The position numbers were made by a program, and so were the translations under genes. The notes beneath the pieces were generated by a model. It made no database searches. It was not told the DNA's origin and was given only the letters and a program-made list of their open reading frames with translations. 64,000 bases of DNA from a candidate division Kazan bacterium GW2011_GWA1_50_15 (GTDB lineage: Bacteria; Patescibacteriota; Kazan-3B-28): the NCBI GenBank assembly GCA_001029795.1, contig CP011216.1, forward strand, positions 279,128-343,127, read 5' to 3'. Every line of letters begins with the position of its first letter. Within the stretch, counting starts at the first letter, position 1. This document shows positions 1 through 9,270 of this stretch, in pieces.

Positions 1-613
1 TGCGATTGGCTTCGATCACCGCCGCTCCCCGACCCAGGACTGAACCGTTGCCAAAAAAATCTATTAACAATTCACTCTTAACCAGTGAGTGCATTCGGGT
101 GCCGTTATCGATCAGGCGGGTTAGTGACTTATCCTTCTTGATCACGAATAGAGCAGGTTTGTGCCCTCGGCTTAGAACTGCCGCCGCCTCGGCCACGGCC
201 CGGATCATGGTTTGAACATCGCCCACGCTAGCTCGCGGCTGATCGCCAAACGATGGCAGTTTGGGCCCAGTGGTTTCCAGCACACCCTTGATCTCTGGGG
301 CGTAGAGAGCGGCGATGGCCAACAGCGCCACAACAGTCAGACTACTGGTAACAATAAAGAGAGCCCACAACCCAAGAGTGCGAGCAAGTAGAGCTAGTAA
401 TAGTAGAAAGAGAATTTTCGGGAAGATCTTGATCAGGTCGCTCCGACGGAGACGGCGATAGAGCCACCACAGCAACCCAAAAACCAAGAGGATGTCGATC
501 AGCCCCCAGAGGGTAAATTGAGCAGCCGCGCTCTGCCAAAACAACCCCGCGGTACCGGCGGCCGTATCCCAACTGAGCTGGATCTGGTCAATCAACTTCA
601 ACCACAAGTTCAT
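1..613 (-). CDS. CdaA/DacA-like diadenylate cyclase homologue (runs off window; catalytic DGA motif degenerate)
   Basis: Not in ORF track; hand translation MNLWLKL...LIDILLVFGLLWWLYRRLRR...YAPEIKGVLE...ALFVIKKDKSLTRLIDNGTRMHSLVKSELLIDFFGNGSVLGRGAAVIE follows the CdaA TM + DAC pattern; AGGGAG RBS. Confidence 0.75.
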   Translation of the reverse strand, partial: MNLWLKLIDQIQLSWDTAAGTAGLFWQSAAAQFTLWGLIDILLVFGLLWWLYRRLRRSDLIKIFPKILFLLLLALLARTLGLWALFIVTSSLTVVALLAIAALYAPEIKGVLETTGPKLPSFGDQPRASVGDVQTMIRAVAEAAAVLSRGHKPALFVIKKDKSLTRLIDNGTRMHSLVKSELLIDFFGNGSVLGRGAAVIEANR

Positions 614-690
614 TCACTCTCCCTGTGTTTAACTTATCCTTCGATGCGACTCAGGACTTGTTTATAATACGACAAAAGGCAGGGATTGAG

Positions 691-726
691 AAAAGCCCCT
701 CCCCGATGTGTAGACCAGGGAGGGGC
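691..726 (-). terminator. Intrinsic terminator after small peptide ORF
   Basis: GCCCCTCCC...GGGGAGGGGC stem followed by TTTT on minus strand. Confidence 0.75.
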
Positions 727-730
727 GGTG

Positions 731-802
731 TCAGTTGCCACAGCTGGGACAGCAGTGGCCAACGATACGCCCCGTCAGGGACGCGAAGAACTTGCGCCTC
801 AA
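731..802 (-). CDS. Putative 23-aa Cys-rich peptide MRRKFFASLTGRIVGHCCPSCGN
   Basis: AAGGAGGT SD 5 nt before TTG, TGA stop, terminator directly after, extended -10 TGtTATACT upstream. Confidence 0.55.
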   Translation of the reverse strand: MRRKFFASLTGRIVGHCCPSCGN

Positions 803-918
803 GGTGCACCTCCTTGGGGAAAAATGGGTCGAGGTCAGAAAAACGGCCTGGAGGCCGTCGCAGTTCCCTACTTTCTAAGTATAACAAAGTCGTCAAGACC
901 CCCAATCTCATCTTATCT

Positions 919-970
919 GTCATCCTGAACTTGTTTCAGGATCCAGATGCTGGACTAAATTCAGCATGAC
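919..970. repeat. REP/REPIN-like inverted pair GTCATCCTGAACTTGTTTCAGGATC / GATGCTGGACTAAATTCAGCATGAC
   Basis: Two palindromic units in inverted orientation; related unit at 6848-6884. Confidence 0.7.
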
Positions 971-1007
971 GGGACTAGAGAGGGACATTGACGATATAAG
1001 AACCAAA

Positions 1008-1274
1008 TTACTTCTTCTTGGAGACCCAGTTGTAGACCCCGGCAAAAATCCAGCCGATGATGTAGCCAAAGACGAAGGCCACAACCAGAAGCCACAGAGC
1101 GGTGCCCCACGAGAACACACCAAAAGTTGTAGGTGCGGTCACCATATGCAGGCCCATCATCCAAGTCGCGAACTGTTGGCCCATACCGCCAGCCAAAATC
1201 AGGACCCAGATGAAGTGCATAACTACGGCAAACCACGCCACTGTTAGAGCGACCTTATGTTGGAATGCTTTCAT
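1008..1274 (-). CDS. Small membrane protein (DUF5676-like)
   Basis: 88 aa, hydrophobic helices, GGAG RBS. Confidence 0.7.
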   Translation of the reverse strand: MKAFQHKVALTVAWFAVVMHFIWVLILAGGMGQQFATWMMGLHMVTAPTTFGVFSWGTALWLLVVAFVFGYIIGWIFAGVYNWVSKKK

Positions 1275-1485
1275 AGCTCCCCCGATAAATAATATAACTG
1301 CTTTGATTATACATCAAAAAAGAGCCCTACCTGTATTCTTATCCCCCAGCGTTAAACTAGAACGACTTAACTCAAAAAACAGCGCCCGGAGGGATAGCCG
1401 GACGCTGTTGTTGTGGGGGGATGGTGGGTGGATAATATCTCCAACCCATCATAGCTATCAACAGAATTGATTAGTGCAAGCAGGG

Positions 1486-1938
1486 TCAGGCGTCAGCATG
1501 AACGGTTGTGTCAGAACTCACACCGTGACCAAACCCACCGCCGAAACCACCCACCAAGTAGAGGTACTTAGTGTCGATCCTGTTTTCAACGGCCCACTCC
1601 AGTAGCGCTTGGTGATCGGTTCGCACCCGCAGGTCCAGCTGGGCCTGGCGCTCGTCTGGCGTCATCGTTTGCCACTCAGCCGACTTGGTGAGATCGAAGT
1701 TGGCTTGGGCTTGTGTCCGAAGCTTATCCCTCTCGGTCAAGATGGCTTGCTTCTGGGCCTCGGTCAAATCGCCGCCGGCCACTAGCGCATCCAGTTTTGA
1801 TCCTAGAACGATCTCAACTCTGGCGCCGTGGCTGGTGTCAGCCCCACCTGCCGCCCGGGTGTCGGACGAAACAGTCATTCCGAATGCGGCGAGACCAGTG
1901 AGCGCTATGATCGGGAAGAAAGTAAACAATGTACCCAT
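1486..1938 (-). CDS. Hypothetical secreted protein
   Basis: N-terminal hydrophobic segment, GGAGGT SD, hairpin terminator ~1375-1410. Confidence 0.7.
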   Translation of the reverse strand: MGTLFTFFPIIALTGLAAFGMTVSSDTRAAGGADTSHGARVEIVLGSKLDALVAGGDLTEAQKQAILTERDKLRTQAQANFDLTKSAEWQTMTPDERQAQLDLRVRTDHQALLEWAVENRIDTKYLYLVGGFGGGFGHGVSSDTTVHADA

Positions 1939-2021
1939 TTCGGTTACCTCCGCTTACTGATATGAGCATCGACCCCTGCAAAATTAAGTCCGCAGGGGTG
2001 GTCGCTCACATTACATCCCGA

Positions 2022-2417
2022 TCATTCGCTGGTTTTGCCATCGAACTCTTCCGGCTGGGCTTGAGCGTCCGCCTTGGTTGCCCTCACCGTGCCGTCGATG
2101 TGTTCTGGGGGTGAATAGAGGGTGTAAAGTTTCAAGTCCACTGCTCCGGTATTGATAACATTGTGGTTGGCGCCGGCTGGAATGATGCCTGCGTCGCCGT
2201 CTTTGACCTCGTAGATGTTACCATCAATGACCAACTGCCCGCTCCCCGCCTCAAAGCGAAAGAATTGGTCAATATCGGGATGAACCTCGGCGCCAATTTC
2301 CTCTCCGGGCTTTAAACTCATCAGCACCAGCTGGGTGTGATGGCCGGTATATAAGACCCGCCGAAAGTCGGTGTTTTGAATGGTTAGTTGTTCGATATTG
2401 TCGTAGTATCCCTTCAT
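2022..2417 (-). CDS. Cupin domain protein
   Basis: FRRVLYTG..QLVLMSL.PGEEIG.EVH...DQFF..E.G and IPAG..HNVIN cupin motifs. Confidence 0.9.
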   Translation of the reverse strand: MKGYYDNIEQLTIQNTDFRRVLYTGHHTQLVLMSLKPGEEIGAEVHPDIDQFFRFEAGSGQLVIDGNIYEVKDGDAGIIPAGANHNVINTGAVDLKLYTLYSPPEHIDGTVRATKADAQAQPEEFDGKTSE

Positions 2418-2465
2418 TACAAAATGATTAGCGGTATGACTTTTTTATTATAGCCCCCGGATAAG

Positions 2466-2496
2466 AAAAAGGGCGGCCGATAAAAATCGGCCGCCC
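2466..2496 (-). terminator. Intrinsic terminator
   Basis: GGGCGGCCGA/TCGGCCGCCC stem with T-tract on minus strand. Confidence 0.75.
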
Positions 2497-2506
2497 GTTG
2501 AATGTA

Positions 2507-3340
2507 CTATCCCAAGTCGGCGCGAGCTAAATCACAGAGCTTGGCCACGCCCGCTAGTAAGGCAAACTCCTGTGGGAAGCAGTCCACGTTGTGGGGGCCT
2601 AGGCAATACCCGTCGTTCGGGTCAACGGGGCCGCCGCCGCCTAGCTCGCAGGCGTTCCCGGGACAACGAAGGTAGACACCGAAGTACTGGCCGAAAGAGC
2701 AGCAACATTCATGGCCTAGCAACTCAAGTTTGCCACCTACCATCCAGCGATACATACTGGCGATGGCCTGCTCGACAATGGGAACCCGCTGGGTTTGGGG
2801 TTGGGCAGCGATCCATCTGGCCAGAGTGGGAGTGATGCTAATGCCCACCCCCAATTCGTTGTAGCCCCCCGTGTAACAGATGTCTTCCACTACGACCAGC
2901 TGTCTGTGGCGACCCTTGGGCTTGGGGATGTTGTCATCGCCCCCTATCAGCCAAAGAGAATTACACAGCCAATTGAGAGTCGTGGCATGAGCCCGTCCCC
3001 GCTCTTTCTCCTGATGCCCGGGTAAGTAAAACCGGCACACCCAGCCCTGCTCGTCATGTTGATAGGAGAAACAGGTATTCTGAAAACCGAATGCCCCGTC
3101 GGTCTCCTTGGGTTCCGTTAACGAGGGTAGCGTAAACTGTTCGGCTATCCTTATCATCTTTTCCCGGTAGAGGTTAGCTGGTGGCTCTGCCTTTTTCTCG
3201 CGCAAGGAACTAACTCGCTTTGTCAGACTACCTACCACTGCCGGCCATATGGTGGGATGAACTGTGACGGCAATAACATTCGGTTCTTCAAAAGACAAAC
3301 CATACCATTCGGGCCTGTCCCAGGCACTGTTCGCGTGCAT
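2507..3340 (-). CDS. Hypothetical protein
   Basis: 277-aa ORF with GGAGGT SD, extended -10 (TGgTACAAT) and terminator. Confidence 0.7.
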   Translation of the reverse strand: MHANSAWDRPEWYGLSFEEPNVIAVTVHPTIWPAVVGSLTKRVSSLREKKAEPPANLYREKMIRIAEQFTLPSLTEPKETDGAFGFQNTCFSYQHDEQGWVCRFYLPGHQEKERGRAHATTLNWLCNSLWLIGGDDNIPKPKGRHRQLVVVEDICYTGGYNELGVGISITPTLARWIAAQPQTQRVPIVEQAIASMYRWMVGGKLELLGHECCCSFGQYFGVYLRCPGNACELGGGGPVDPNDGYCLGPHNVDCFPQEFALLAGVAKLCDLARADLG

Positions 3341-3409
3341 CTATACACCTCCATACAAATTTTGAAGGGACAGCTTGCCCCCTCCAAGACACCGACATTG
3401 TACCACGGG

Positions 3410-4135
3410 CTACAGACCAGCCAGACGGATAACCAAGAACAGAACGCCGGCACCAAGCAAAGTCATCAGCGTGGTCAAAAACTTCGGATGAGCGTGGTGA
3501 CTCTCGGGGATAAGATCGCTCGCCCCGATGTAGAGAAAGAAGCCGGCAAAGACGGCTAAGATGACACCGAGCAGATGTTCGGGTAGAGCGAAGAACAAAG
3601 TCGATGTGATACCCGCTACCGGCGCGACGGCATCCACCATTAACCACTTGAAAGCCATGCGACTATCTTTGGAGTGCTTCAGTAAAACATTGACCGTGTT
3701 GATGCCATCGGAGAAGTCATGGGTCAAGACCGCCACAGCGACTATCAGCCCGACTGCGGACGAGACCTGAAAGCCGACACCGATAGCCACACCGTCTAAG
3801 AAACTATGCACGGCCAGCGTGCTGCCGCCTAAAATCCCACGTCGAGGAGCCGTATGGCCGTGTTCGTCGCTGTCATGATGATGCAATAACACCCACCGGT
3901 CCAAAACTAAGTAGGTCAAAAACCCTGTGGCGATGAAGGCAGCGATAGCGGAGGTAGAGTAAAACTGCTGACCGAGATCCACGGCCTCGGGGATAAGGTC
4001 AAAGAATGCCACCCCGATAACAGCCCCGGCCGAAAACCCCAAGATGAGATGGAGTTTATCCTTGAACCGCAGTGCCAACCAGCCACCCAGCAGGGTAGCG
4101 GCAAATGCGGCGATGGCGATCAAGATTAACATCAT
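3410..4135 (-). CDS. ZIP family metal transporter
   Basis: Multi-TM, His-rich loop HHHDSDEHGH, HSFLDG and HDFSDG motifs, DLIPESHH. Confidence 0.9.
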   Translation of the reverse strand: MMLILIAIAAFAATLLGGWLALRFKDKLHLILGFSAGAVIGVAFFDLIPEAVDLGQQFYSTSAIAAFIATGFLTYLVLDRWVLLHHHDSDEHGHTAPRRGILGGSTLAVHSFLDGVAIGVGFQVSSAVGLIVAVAVLTHDFSDGINTVNVLLKHSKDSRMAFKWLMVDAVAPVAGITSTLFFALPEHLLGVILAVFAGFFLYIGASDLIPESHHAHPKFLTTLMTLLGAGVLFLVIRLAGL

Positions 4136-4158
4136 CGGTACTTAGAACTTATCACATC

Positions 4159-5460
4159 TTATTCGTACCGCAGAGCGTCGATAGGGTTTTTCCGGGCGGC
4201 TCTAACGGCTGGCGAGACACCGGCCAAGAATGCTACCGCGATAATGGCGGCAATAATGCCGGCTATTAGCGTGATCGGGAAAGCCAGTAGGTCGAGCCCG
4301 GGGAAATCCTTCAGAAAACCGTTTGAGGCAATACGATTAATTATCATGGCCGAACCGATGGCCGCGCCGGTACCCAACACACTCCCCCAGAATCCCAAGA
4401 GAGCCGCTTCGGTGCTGAACAGTAAAAATATCCGCGACCCGCTCATGCCCATAGATTTCATCAAGCCGATCTCCTTGGTCCGCTCCTGCACCGCCATTAG
4501 AAGAGTGTTGATGATGCCAAAGGCAGCGGCCAAAAGCGCGATCAGACCGAACATATTGAACACTACCACAATGCCATCCACCACCTGCCTGACGATACCG
4601 ATACGGTCCGACACGGTCTGAGGTAGATAACCCTTATTGGTCAGCCGTTGCTTTAAAGCCGTCAAGTCGTCCGAACTAATGTTTGGGTCAATATGAGCGC
4701 TGGCCGCTGCGTACCGTTTGGCTAGATTCTCTGGTAACCCCTCAGTTTGTAGATTAAATAGTCCTTGGGCAGCGGCTGTGTTAAGGCCCACTCCAGTGGC
4801 CAAAGAGATAAGAGTTTTTTGTTGGACCCCAGCTACCTCCGCATAGACTTCAACTACCTCACCAGTTGGTTTGGTAATCCCGATCATGACCCGGCCACCT
4901 ACTGCCGCATCGTTGTCCGCAAACCCTAGTGAGTTCACAAAACTGACTGGCAGGACCACTTGATAATCCTTGGCGGAGTGGTCGGGCTGACTGCCTGACA
5001 GTAGGTCGAGTTTGGCGCCGCGCGGATAGAGCGAGGCCTGCAGTTGGTATTTGTGATTATTGGGCCCTTCAATATAGTCCGGGGCCACCGAGAAATACGG
5101 CTGGACCTCGGCCAGGTCCGGGTCCTCTTCAAGGATAGCCAGATCATTAGGGGTAAGCATATTAAAAGCCACTCCCGGACCGGCGACGGTGCTGGCCTTC
5201 TGTTTGGACGGGTTGTAGCGTTTGGGCGCTTCGCCAGAGGAGAAACTTTGGCTCTCCTGTTGGGCTTGGATGATAAGCAGGTCTTTGGGTCCGACATTGC
5301 CCAGCTGGCGGTCGATGTAGTCAGAGATACCGGCGCCAACCCCGTTAGTCAAAGTCAGGGTAAAGGTGCCGATAAAGATGGCCAGGATAGTCAGGGCAGT
5401 TCGGGTCTTGTTCCGACCGAGATTGCCGGCGGCCGTTAAAAAGATATCAAATAGTTTCAT
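4159..5460 (-). CDS. ABC transporter permease, MacB/FtsX family
   Basis: RTALTILAIFIG, GIINTLLMAVQERTKEIGLMKSMG, PAVRAARKNPIDALRYE. Confidence 0.9.
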   Translation of the reverse strand: MKLFDIFLTAAGNLGRNKTRTALTILAIFIGTFTLTLTNGVGAGISDYIDRQLGNVGPKDLLIIQAQQESQSFSSGEAPKRYNPSKQKASTVAGPGVAFNMLTPNDLAILEEDPDLAEVQPYFSVAPDYIEGPNNHKYQLQASLYPRGAKLDLLSGSQPDHSAKDYQVVLPVSFVNSLGFADNDAAVGGRVMIGITKPTGEVVEVYAEVAGVQQKTLISLATGVGLNTAAAQGLFNLQTEGLPENLAKRYAAASAHIDPNISSDDLTALKQRLTNKGYLPQTVSDRIGIVRQVVDGIVVVFNMFGLIALLAAAFGIINTLLMAVQERTKEIGLMKSMGMSGSRIFLLFSTEAALLGFWGSVLGTGAAIGSAMIINRIASNGFLKDFPGLDLLAFPITLIAGIIAAIIAVAFLAGVSPAVRAARKNPIDALRYE

Positions 5461-6149
5461 TGCGCCACCTCCGGTAGCAGTTGACCGTCACGCATATCCA
5501 GTCGGCGATGGCACCGGCGGGACAGGTCTTCGTCATGAGTAACGATAACCAAAGTAATCCCCTGCTGGTTCAAACTAAACAGCAGGTCTTCGATCAATCG
5601 GCCGGTGGCGCTATCGAGATTGCCCGTCGGTTCATCCGCGAAGATGACCAATGGATTATTGATCAGCGCCCGAGCGATGACTAGCCGCTGTTTTTGGCCG
5701 CCGCTCAAATGATTAGCCCGGGCATTGGCCTTATCCAGTAGTTCAACTGCCCGCAATGCCTCCAGCCCTCTTGTCCGCCGTTCCCGCGCTCCCACGCCAG
5801 CGATCTTGAGCGGCAAAATCACATTTTCCAAAACCGTATTGTCAGCGTTCATAAAAAACTGCTGGAAGACAAACCCAAAATGCTTGTTCCGAAGATTATC
5901 CAATAGACGTGGCTTGGCGCGAGTGATGTCTCGGCCCCCCACCAAGACCGCCCCGTTAGTCGGTTTGTCCAGCGAGGCCAAAATATGCATTAGCGTGGAT
6001 TTGCCGGAACCGCTTTTACCAACAATGGCAATACTCTCCCCGCTGGCGATGCTCAAGGACACGCCTCGAAGGGCCGGGAACGCAAACTCGCCCGTTCCGT
6101 AGATCTTGGTCAGGCCTCTGGCTTCAAGAATGGGAGTGTTGTTGGACAT
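5457..6149 (-). CDS. ABC transporter ATP-binding protein (LolD/MacB-like)
   Basis: GKSGSGKST, LSGGQKQR, FADEPTGNLD. Confidence 0.95.
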   Translation of the reverse strand: MSNNTPILEARGLTKIYGTGEFAFPALRGVSLSIASGESIAIVGKSGSGKSTLMHILASLDKPTNGAVLVGGRDITRAKPRLLDNLRNKHFGFVFQQFFMNADNTVLENVILPLKIAGVGARERRTRGLEALRAVELLDKANARANHLSGGQKQRLVIARALINNPLVIFADEPTGNLDSATGRLIEDLLFSLNQQGITLVIVTHDEDLSRRCHRRLDMRDGQLLPEVAQ

Positions 6150-6267
6150 AAGAGAAAAACCTAATCCGACTAGCGCTGGGAGATACTCCCCCGCTATCCG
6201 TCAACGGCTCCCAGTATAACACAAAAAAGACCTTCTGGGAAAGGGTTTCTAGGAGCTGTGGGGCTAG

Positions 6268-6441
6268 TTAACCGGCCAAGAAACGGAATGCTTGGTAGAC
6301 CAAGAAGGCCGGCCAGACAAGGGCTTTAAGAAAGCCCAGTACTCCGCCCCAAAAAGTGGTGGCAGCACCAATAAAATAGACAGCAGCTCCTATCAGTCCG
6401 AGGCTGTAGACAGCACTGCTGGCATGATGCATCTTTGTCAT
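6268..6441 (-). CDS. Small membrane protein (57 aa)
   Basis: ATG at 6441 (the longer ORF call overlaps tRNA-Trp); YSLGLIGAAVYFI...FWGGVLGFLKALVWPAFLVY. Confidence 0.7.
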   Translation of the reverse strand: MTKMHHASSAVYSLGLIGAAVYFIGAATTFWGGVLGFLKALVWPAFLVYQAFRFLAG

Positions 6442-6469
6442 AGTTATGTTGGGGAGAGATTGTACGAGT

Positions 6470-6543
6470 TGGCAGGGGCGGCAGGAATCGAACCCGCATT
6501 CTGGATTTTGGAGACCCATGTCCTACCATTGAACGACGCCCCT
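6470..6543 (-). tRNA. tRNA-Trp(CCA)
   Basis: Cloverleaf AGGGGCG...CGCCCCT, anticodon loop CTCCAAA, GGTTCGATT, encoded CCA. Confidence 0.95.
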
Positions 6544-6653
6544 ATAGGCATAGCATACAGTATGCAGGGGTTAGTATCTAGTCAAGAAACCAGCTTCTGA
6601 CGCTGGTTCCTGATGCTCCCCCGTATTAGATACTAGATACTGAATGCTAGATA

Positions 6654-6836
6654 CTATTTGGTTTCTTTATGCGGAGTGCGTTTCTTGCAGATAGTGCAGA
6701 ACTTGCTCCGCTCCAAACGATCCGGGGTGTTCTTAGGGTTCTTGCGGGTTGAGTAAGACGCCCGTTTGCAGACGGTGCACATCAGCTTGATAATGGGGCG
6801 CTTAACTTTTCTGGTGACTTTGCCTTTTTTGGCCAT
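6654..6836 (-). CDS. rpmG: 50S ribosomal protein L33 (Zn-type)
   Basis: IKLMCTVC...[28 protein letters not shown]. Confidence 0.95.
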   Translation of the reverse strand: MAKKGKVTRKVKRPIIKLMCTVCKRASYSTRKNPKNTPDRLERSKFCTICKKRTPHKETK

Positions 6837-6847
6837 AGGAGTGGTAT

Positions 6848-6884
6848 ATCCTGATCCGCCAGCTGGCGGAAAGTTCAGGATGAC
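6848..6884. repeat. REP-like unit carrying nested 16-bp palindrome TCCGCCAGCTGGCGGA (6855-6870)
   Basis: ATCCTGA[16-mer]AAGTTCAGGATGAC compared with the uninterrupted unit at 919-943. Confidence 0.65.
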
Positions 6885-6894
6885 AATATGAGGG

Positions 6895-7650
6895 TTATAC
6901 TTTCTTAACCTGCAGGAAGTCCAGTTCTACTGGGGTTTCACGGCCGAAGATAGAGACCAGCACTTTGATCTTGCCGCGCTCTTCATCCACCTCGGAAACC
7001 GTGCCGTCGTAGTTCTTGAAGGGACCGTCGTTGATGTGAACCAAGTCTCCCACCCGCAGGTCGATCTTGTACTTGGGCTCCTCCACCGCCATCCGTTTGA
7101 GGATGGTCTTAATCTCGGTATCGGAGACGGGCACCGGCACTGTACCGGAACCGATGAAGCCGGTAACATTCGGGGTATTGCGGACGACATACCAGCTATC
7201 TTCCGTCACGTTCATATTCACCAGCACATAGCCGGGAAAGATCTTTTTCTCCACGGTCTTGCGCTTGCCAGCCCGGATCTCGATCTGGTTCTCTTTGGGG
7301 ACTAGCACGTCAAAAATCTTATCCTGCATATCCAGGGAAGCGATACGCTGTTTTAAGCTCTCGGCCACCGCATCTTCGTAGCCGGAGTAGGTGTGCAGAA
7401 CATACCATTGGCCCGGCCATTTGGTGCTGGCAGTGGAGGCGTCCACCGCCGGAGCGATGGTCGGCTCGGGAGCGACCTCCTCCTCGTCCTTTTCTAAGGT
7501 ATCTCCTCCGTTCGTCGGAGAATCATTATCAGCGATCTCTTCTGGTCCCGGGGCTGGCGCCGCTTCCTCCATTGGTACTACATCATCCCCTATGACAGGG
7601 GTCGCTGTCTCGTCTGCGGGCTGGATGGGTTCTAACTGATCGTCGTTCAT
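6895..7650 (-). CDS. nusG: Transcription factor NusG with acidic N-terminal extension
   Basis: [31 protein letters not shown] domain [10 protein letters not shown]. Confidence 0.97.
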   Translation of the reverse strand: MNDDQLEPIQPADETATPVIGDDVVPMEEAAPAPGPEEIADNDSPTNGGDTLEKDEEEVAPEPTIAPAVDASTASTKWPGQWYVLHTYSGYEDAVAESLKQRIASLDMQDKIFDVLVPKENQIEIRAGKRKTVEKKIFPGYVLVNMNVTEDSWYVVRNTPNVTGFIGSGTVPVPVSDTEIKTILKRMAVEEPKYKIDLRVGDLVHINDGPFKNYDGTVSEVDEERGKIKVLVSIFGRETPVELDFLQVKKV

Positions 7651-7658
7651 AAAACTAC

Positions 7659-7919
7659 TTATTGGGCTGGTGTGGTTTGGATGTCCCCAACATTGATGTC
7701 GGGGGCGGTAACGGTTTGGCCGCTGGAGCTTTGCGACAAGGTGGTCAGATATTTAACTCCGGCAGTGAACAGGTAGTCTACGCCGCCGGTAAAGATAGTA
7801 AACAACAACGAGATGCCCAACACGGCCAGCGTCAGGTTTATGACTGTGCGTTGGCTTGGCCAACTGACTTTGCTAAGCTCGGTCCTGGCTTCGTGCAAAA
7901 ATTTGATGATAGGTTTCAT
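7659..7919 (-). CDS. secE: Preprotein translocase SecE
   Basis: ELSKVSWPS plus TM helix, upstream of nusG. Confidence 0.93.
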   Translation of the reverse strand: MKPIIKFLHEARTELSKVSWPSQRTVINLTLAVLGISLLFTIFTGGVDYLFTAGVKYLTTLSQSSSGQTVTAPDINVGDIQTTPAQ

Positions 7920-8060
7920 CCCAAATCAGAATAATGAATTATGAATAGTGAATTATGGATAAACCGTAAACCACAGAAAAAAGAAAGAGATTCTGAACGA
8001 TTAAGATTGATGCTTCTGATATTAACCATGATTCCTAATTCGTGATTCATGATTCCAGTA

Positions 8061-8474
8061 TTATCGCTTGGAAAACTGCGGCGCACGGCGGGCGCGCTTC
8101 AGACCGAATTTCTTGCGTTCTTTGGCGCGGGCATCGCGGGTTAATAGACCAGCCTTTTTCAAAGAGGTTTTTAGGTCAACGTCGAAAGCGACTAAGGCCC
8201 GAGCTATCCCGTGCCGGACGGCTTCAGCCTGCGCGGCGATGCCGCCGCCCGAAACTCTGGCTGACACATCAAATGATTTTTGCATTCCTGTCAGCTTGAG
8301 CGGTTCGATTACCACCTCGGTCAGATGGGCTGGGTTGAAATAATGATCGCCTTTTTGATTATTAACGACTAATTTACCGTCTTTACCTTTATATAATCTA
8401 ACTCGCGCGGTGGCGGTTTTGCGACGGCCAGTGCCGTAAAAATACTGACCTGTAAATACGTGTGTACTTTCCAT
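8061..8474 (-). CDS. rpsI: 30S ribosomal protein S9
   Basis: [12 protein letters not shown]...[10 protein letters not shown]. Confidence 0.98.
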   Translation of the reverse strand: MESTHVFTGQYFYGTGRRKTATARVRLYKGKDGKLVVNNQKGDHYFNPAHLTEVVIEPLKLTGMQKSFDVSARVSGGGIAAQAEAVRHGIARALVAFDVDLKTSLKKAGLLTRDARAKERKKFGLKRARRAPQFSKR

Positions 8475-8476
8475 AG

Positions 8477-8911
8477 TTATAGTTTCACTTGAACCGGCTG
8501 CTGGCCCTCGTGCGGGTGGGCAGCATCTGCGTAGATCTTGAGTCTCCCCAACATTACCTTTCTCAGCTTATTTTTTGGCAACATTCCGGAGACGGCCTGT
8601 CCCAATACCTTGGTTGGCTGTTTGGCCATCATCATCGCAACCGAGCGAGTTTTAAGATGGCCCAAATAACCGGTGTGGTGAGAATAGGTTTTGTCGCTAG
8701 TTTTCTTACCGCTGAACTTGACTGCTTGGGCATTGATCACCACCACGTTAGTCTTGGCATCCACCGCTGAATTGTACTGGGGTTGGTCCTTGCCCATCAA
8801 TAGTTTGGCAATGGCGGTAGCCACTCGCCCCACGATCTGACCATCGGCGTCGACTAACAGCCAACGCTCTGGTAGCAAGGGAGATGAGATGTGGGGAGTT
8901 GATTTATACAT
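8477..8911 (-). CDS. rplM: 50S ribosomal protein L13
   Basis: [13 protein letters not shown]...GMLPKNKL...HPHEGQQP. Confidence 0.97.
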   Translation of the reverse strand: MYKSTPHISSPLLPERWLLVDADGQIVGRVATAIAKLLMGKDQPQYNSAVDAKTNVVVINAQAVKFSGKKTSDKTYSHHTGYLGHLKTRSVAMMMAKQPTKVLGQAVSGMLPKNKLRKVMLGRLKIYADAAHPHEGQQPVQVKL

Positions 8912-8913
8912 AG

Positions 8914-9267
8914 CTAGACGAATTCAATGATGGCCACCGGAGCGGCATCGCCAGCCCGAAAGCCTTTCTTGACTACCCGGACATAGCCACCGACCCGATC
9001 TTTGTAGCGAGGAGCTAAAACCTGAGTCATCTTTTTGACCACGATTTGATTATTGTACAACTCCTTCAGCAACCGCTGTTTGGCCGCTAGGCTACCCAAT
9101 TTAGCAGTGGTCATTAGTTTTTCAATATGAGGCTTCAGGGTTTTCGCTTTAGCCTCCGTAGTTTCGATCCGCTCGTGCAGGATGAGGGCAGTTAGAAGAC
9201 TGCGCACCAAAGCTGTGCGCTGACGCCTTACCCGACCTAGTTTTCTGCCTGCTACGCGGTGTCTCAT
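8914..9267 (-). CDS. rplQ: 50S ribosomal protein L17
   Basis: MRHRVAGRKLGR...IETTEAKAK...RAGDAAP. Confidence 0.98.
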   Translation of the reverse strand: MRHRVAGRKLGRVRRQRTALVRSLLTALILHERIETTEAKAKTLKPHIEKLMTTAKLGSLAAKQRLLKELYNNQIVVKKMTQVLAPRYKDRVGGYVRVVKKGFRAGDAAPVAIIEFV

Positions 9268-9270
9268 GGT

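Noticed and set aside
625-1247. ORFs 625-969, 651-923, 686-928, 920-1123, 961-1236, 966-1247
   Set aside because: No RBS; they cross a terminator and REP-like repeat or shadow the real 1008-1274 gene
6160-6250. Hairpin CTGGGAG/CTCCCAG upstream of the ABC operon as a riboswitch
   Set aside because: No recognisable aptamer consensus; cannot be supported beyond a simple leader hairpin
6470-6543. Alternative genetic code (TGA recoding as in Gracilibacteria/SR1)
   Set aside because: TGA terminates clear genes (e.g. cupin, rpsJ) and conserved genes have no internal TGA
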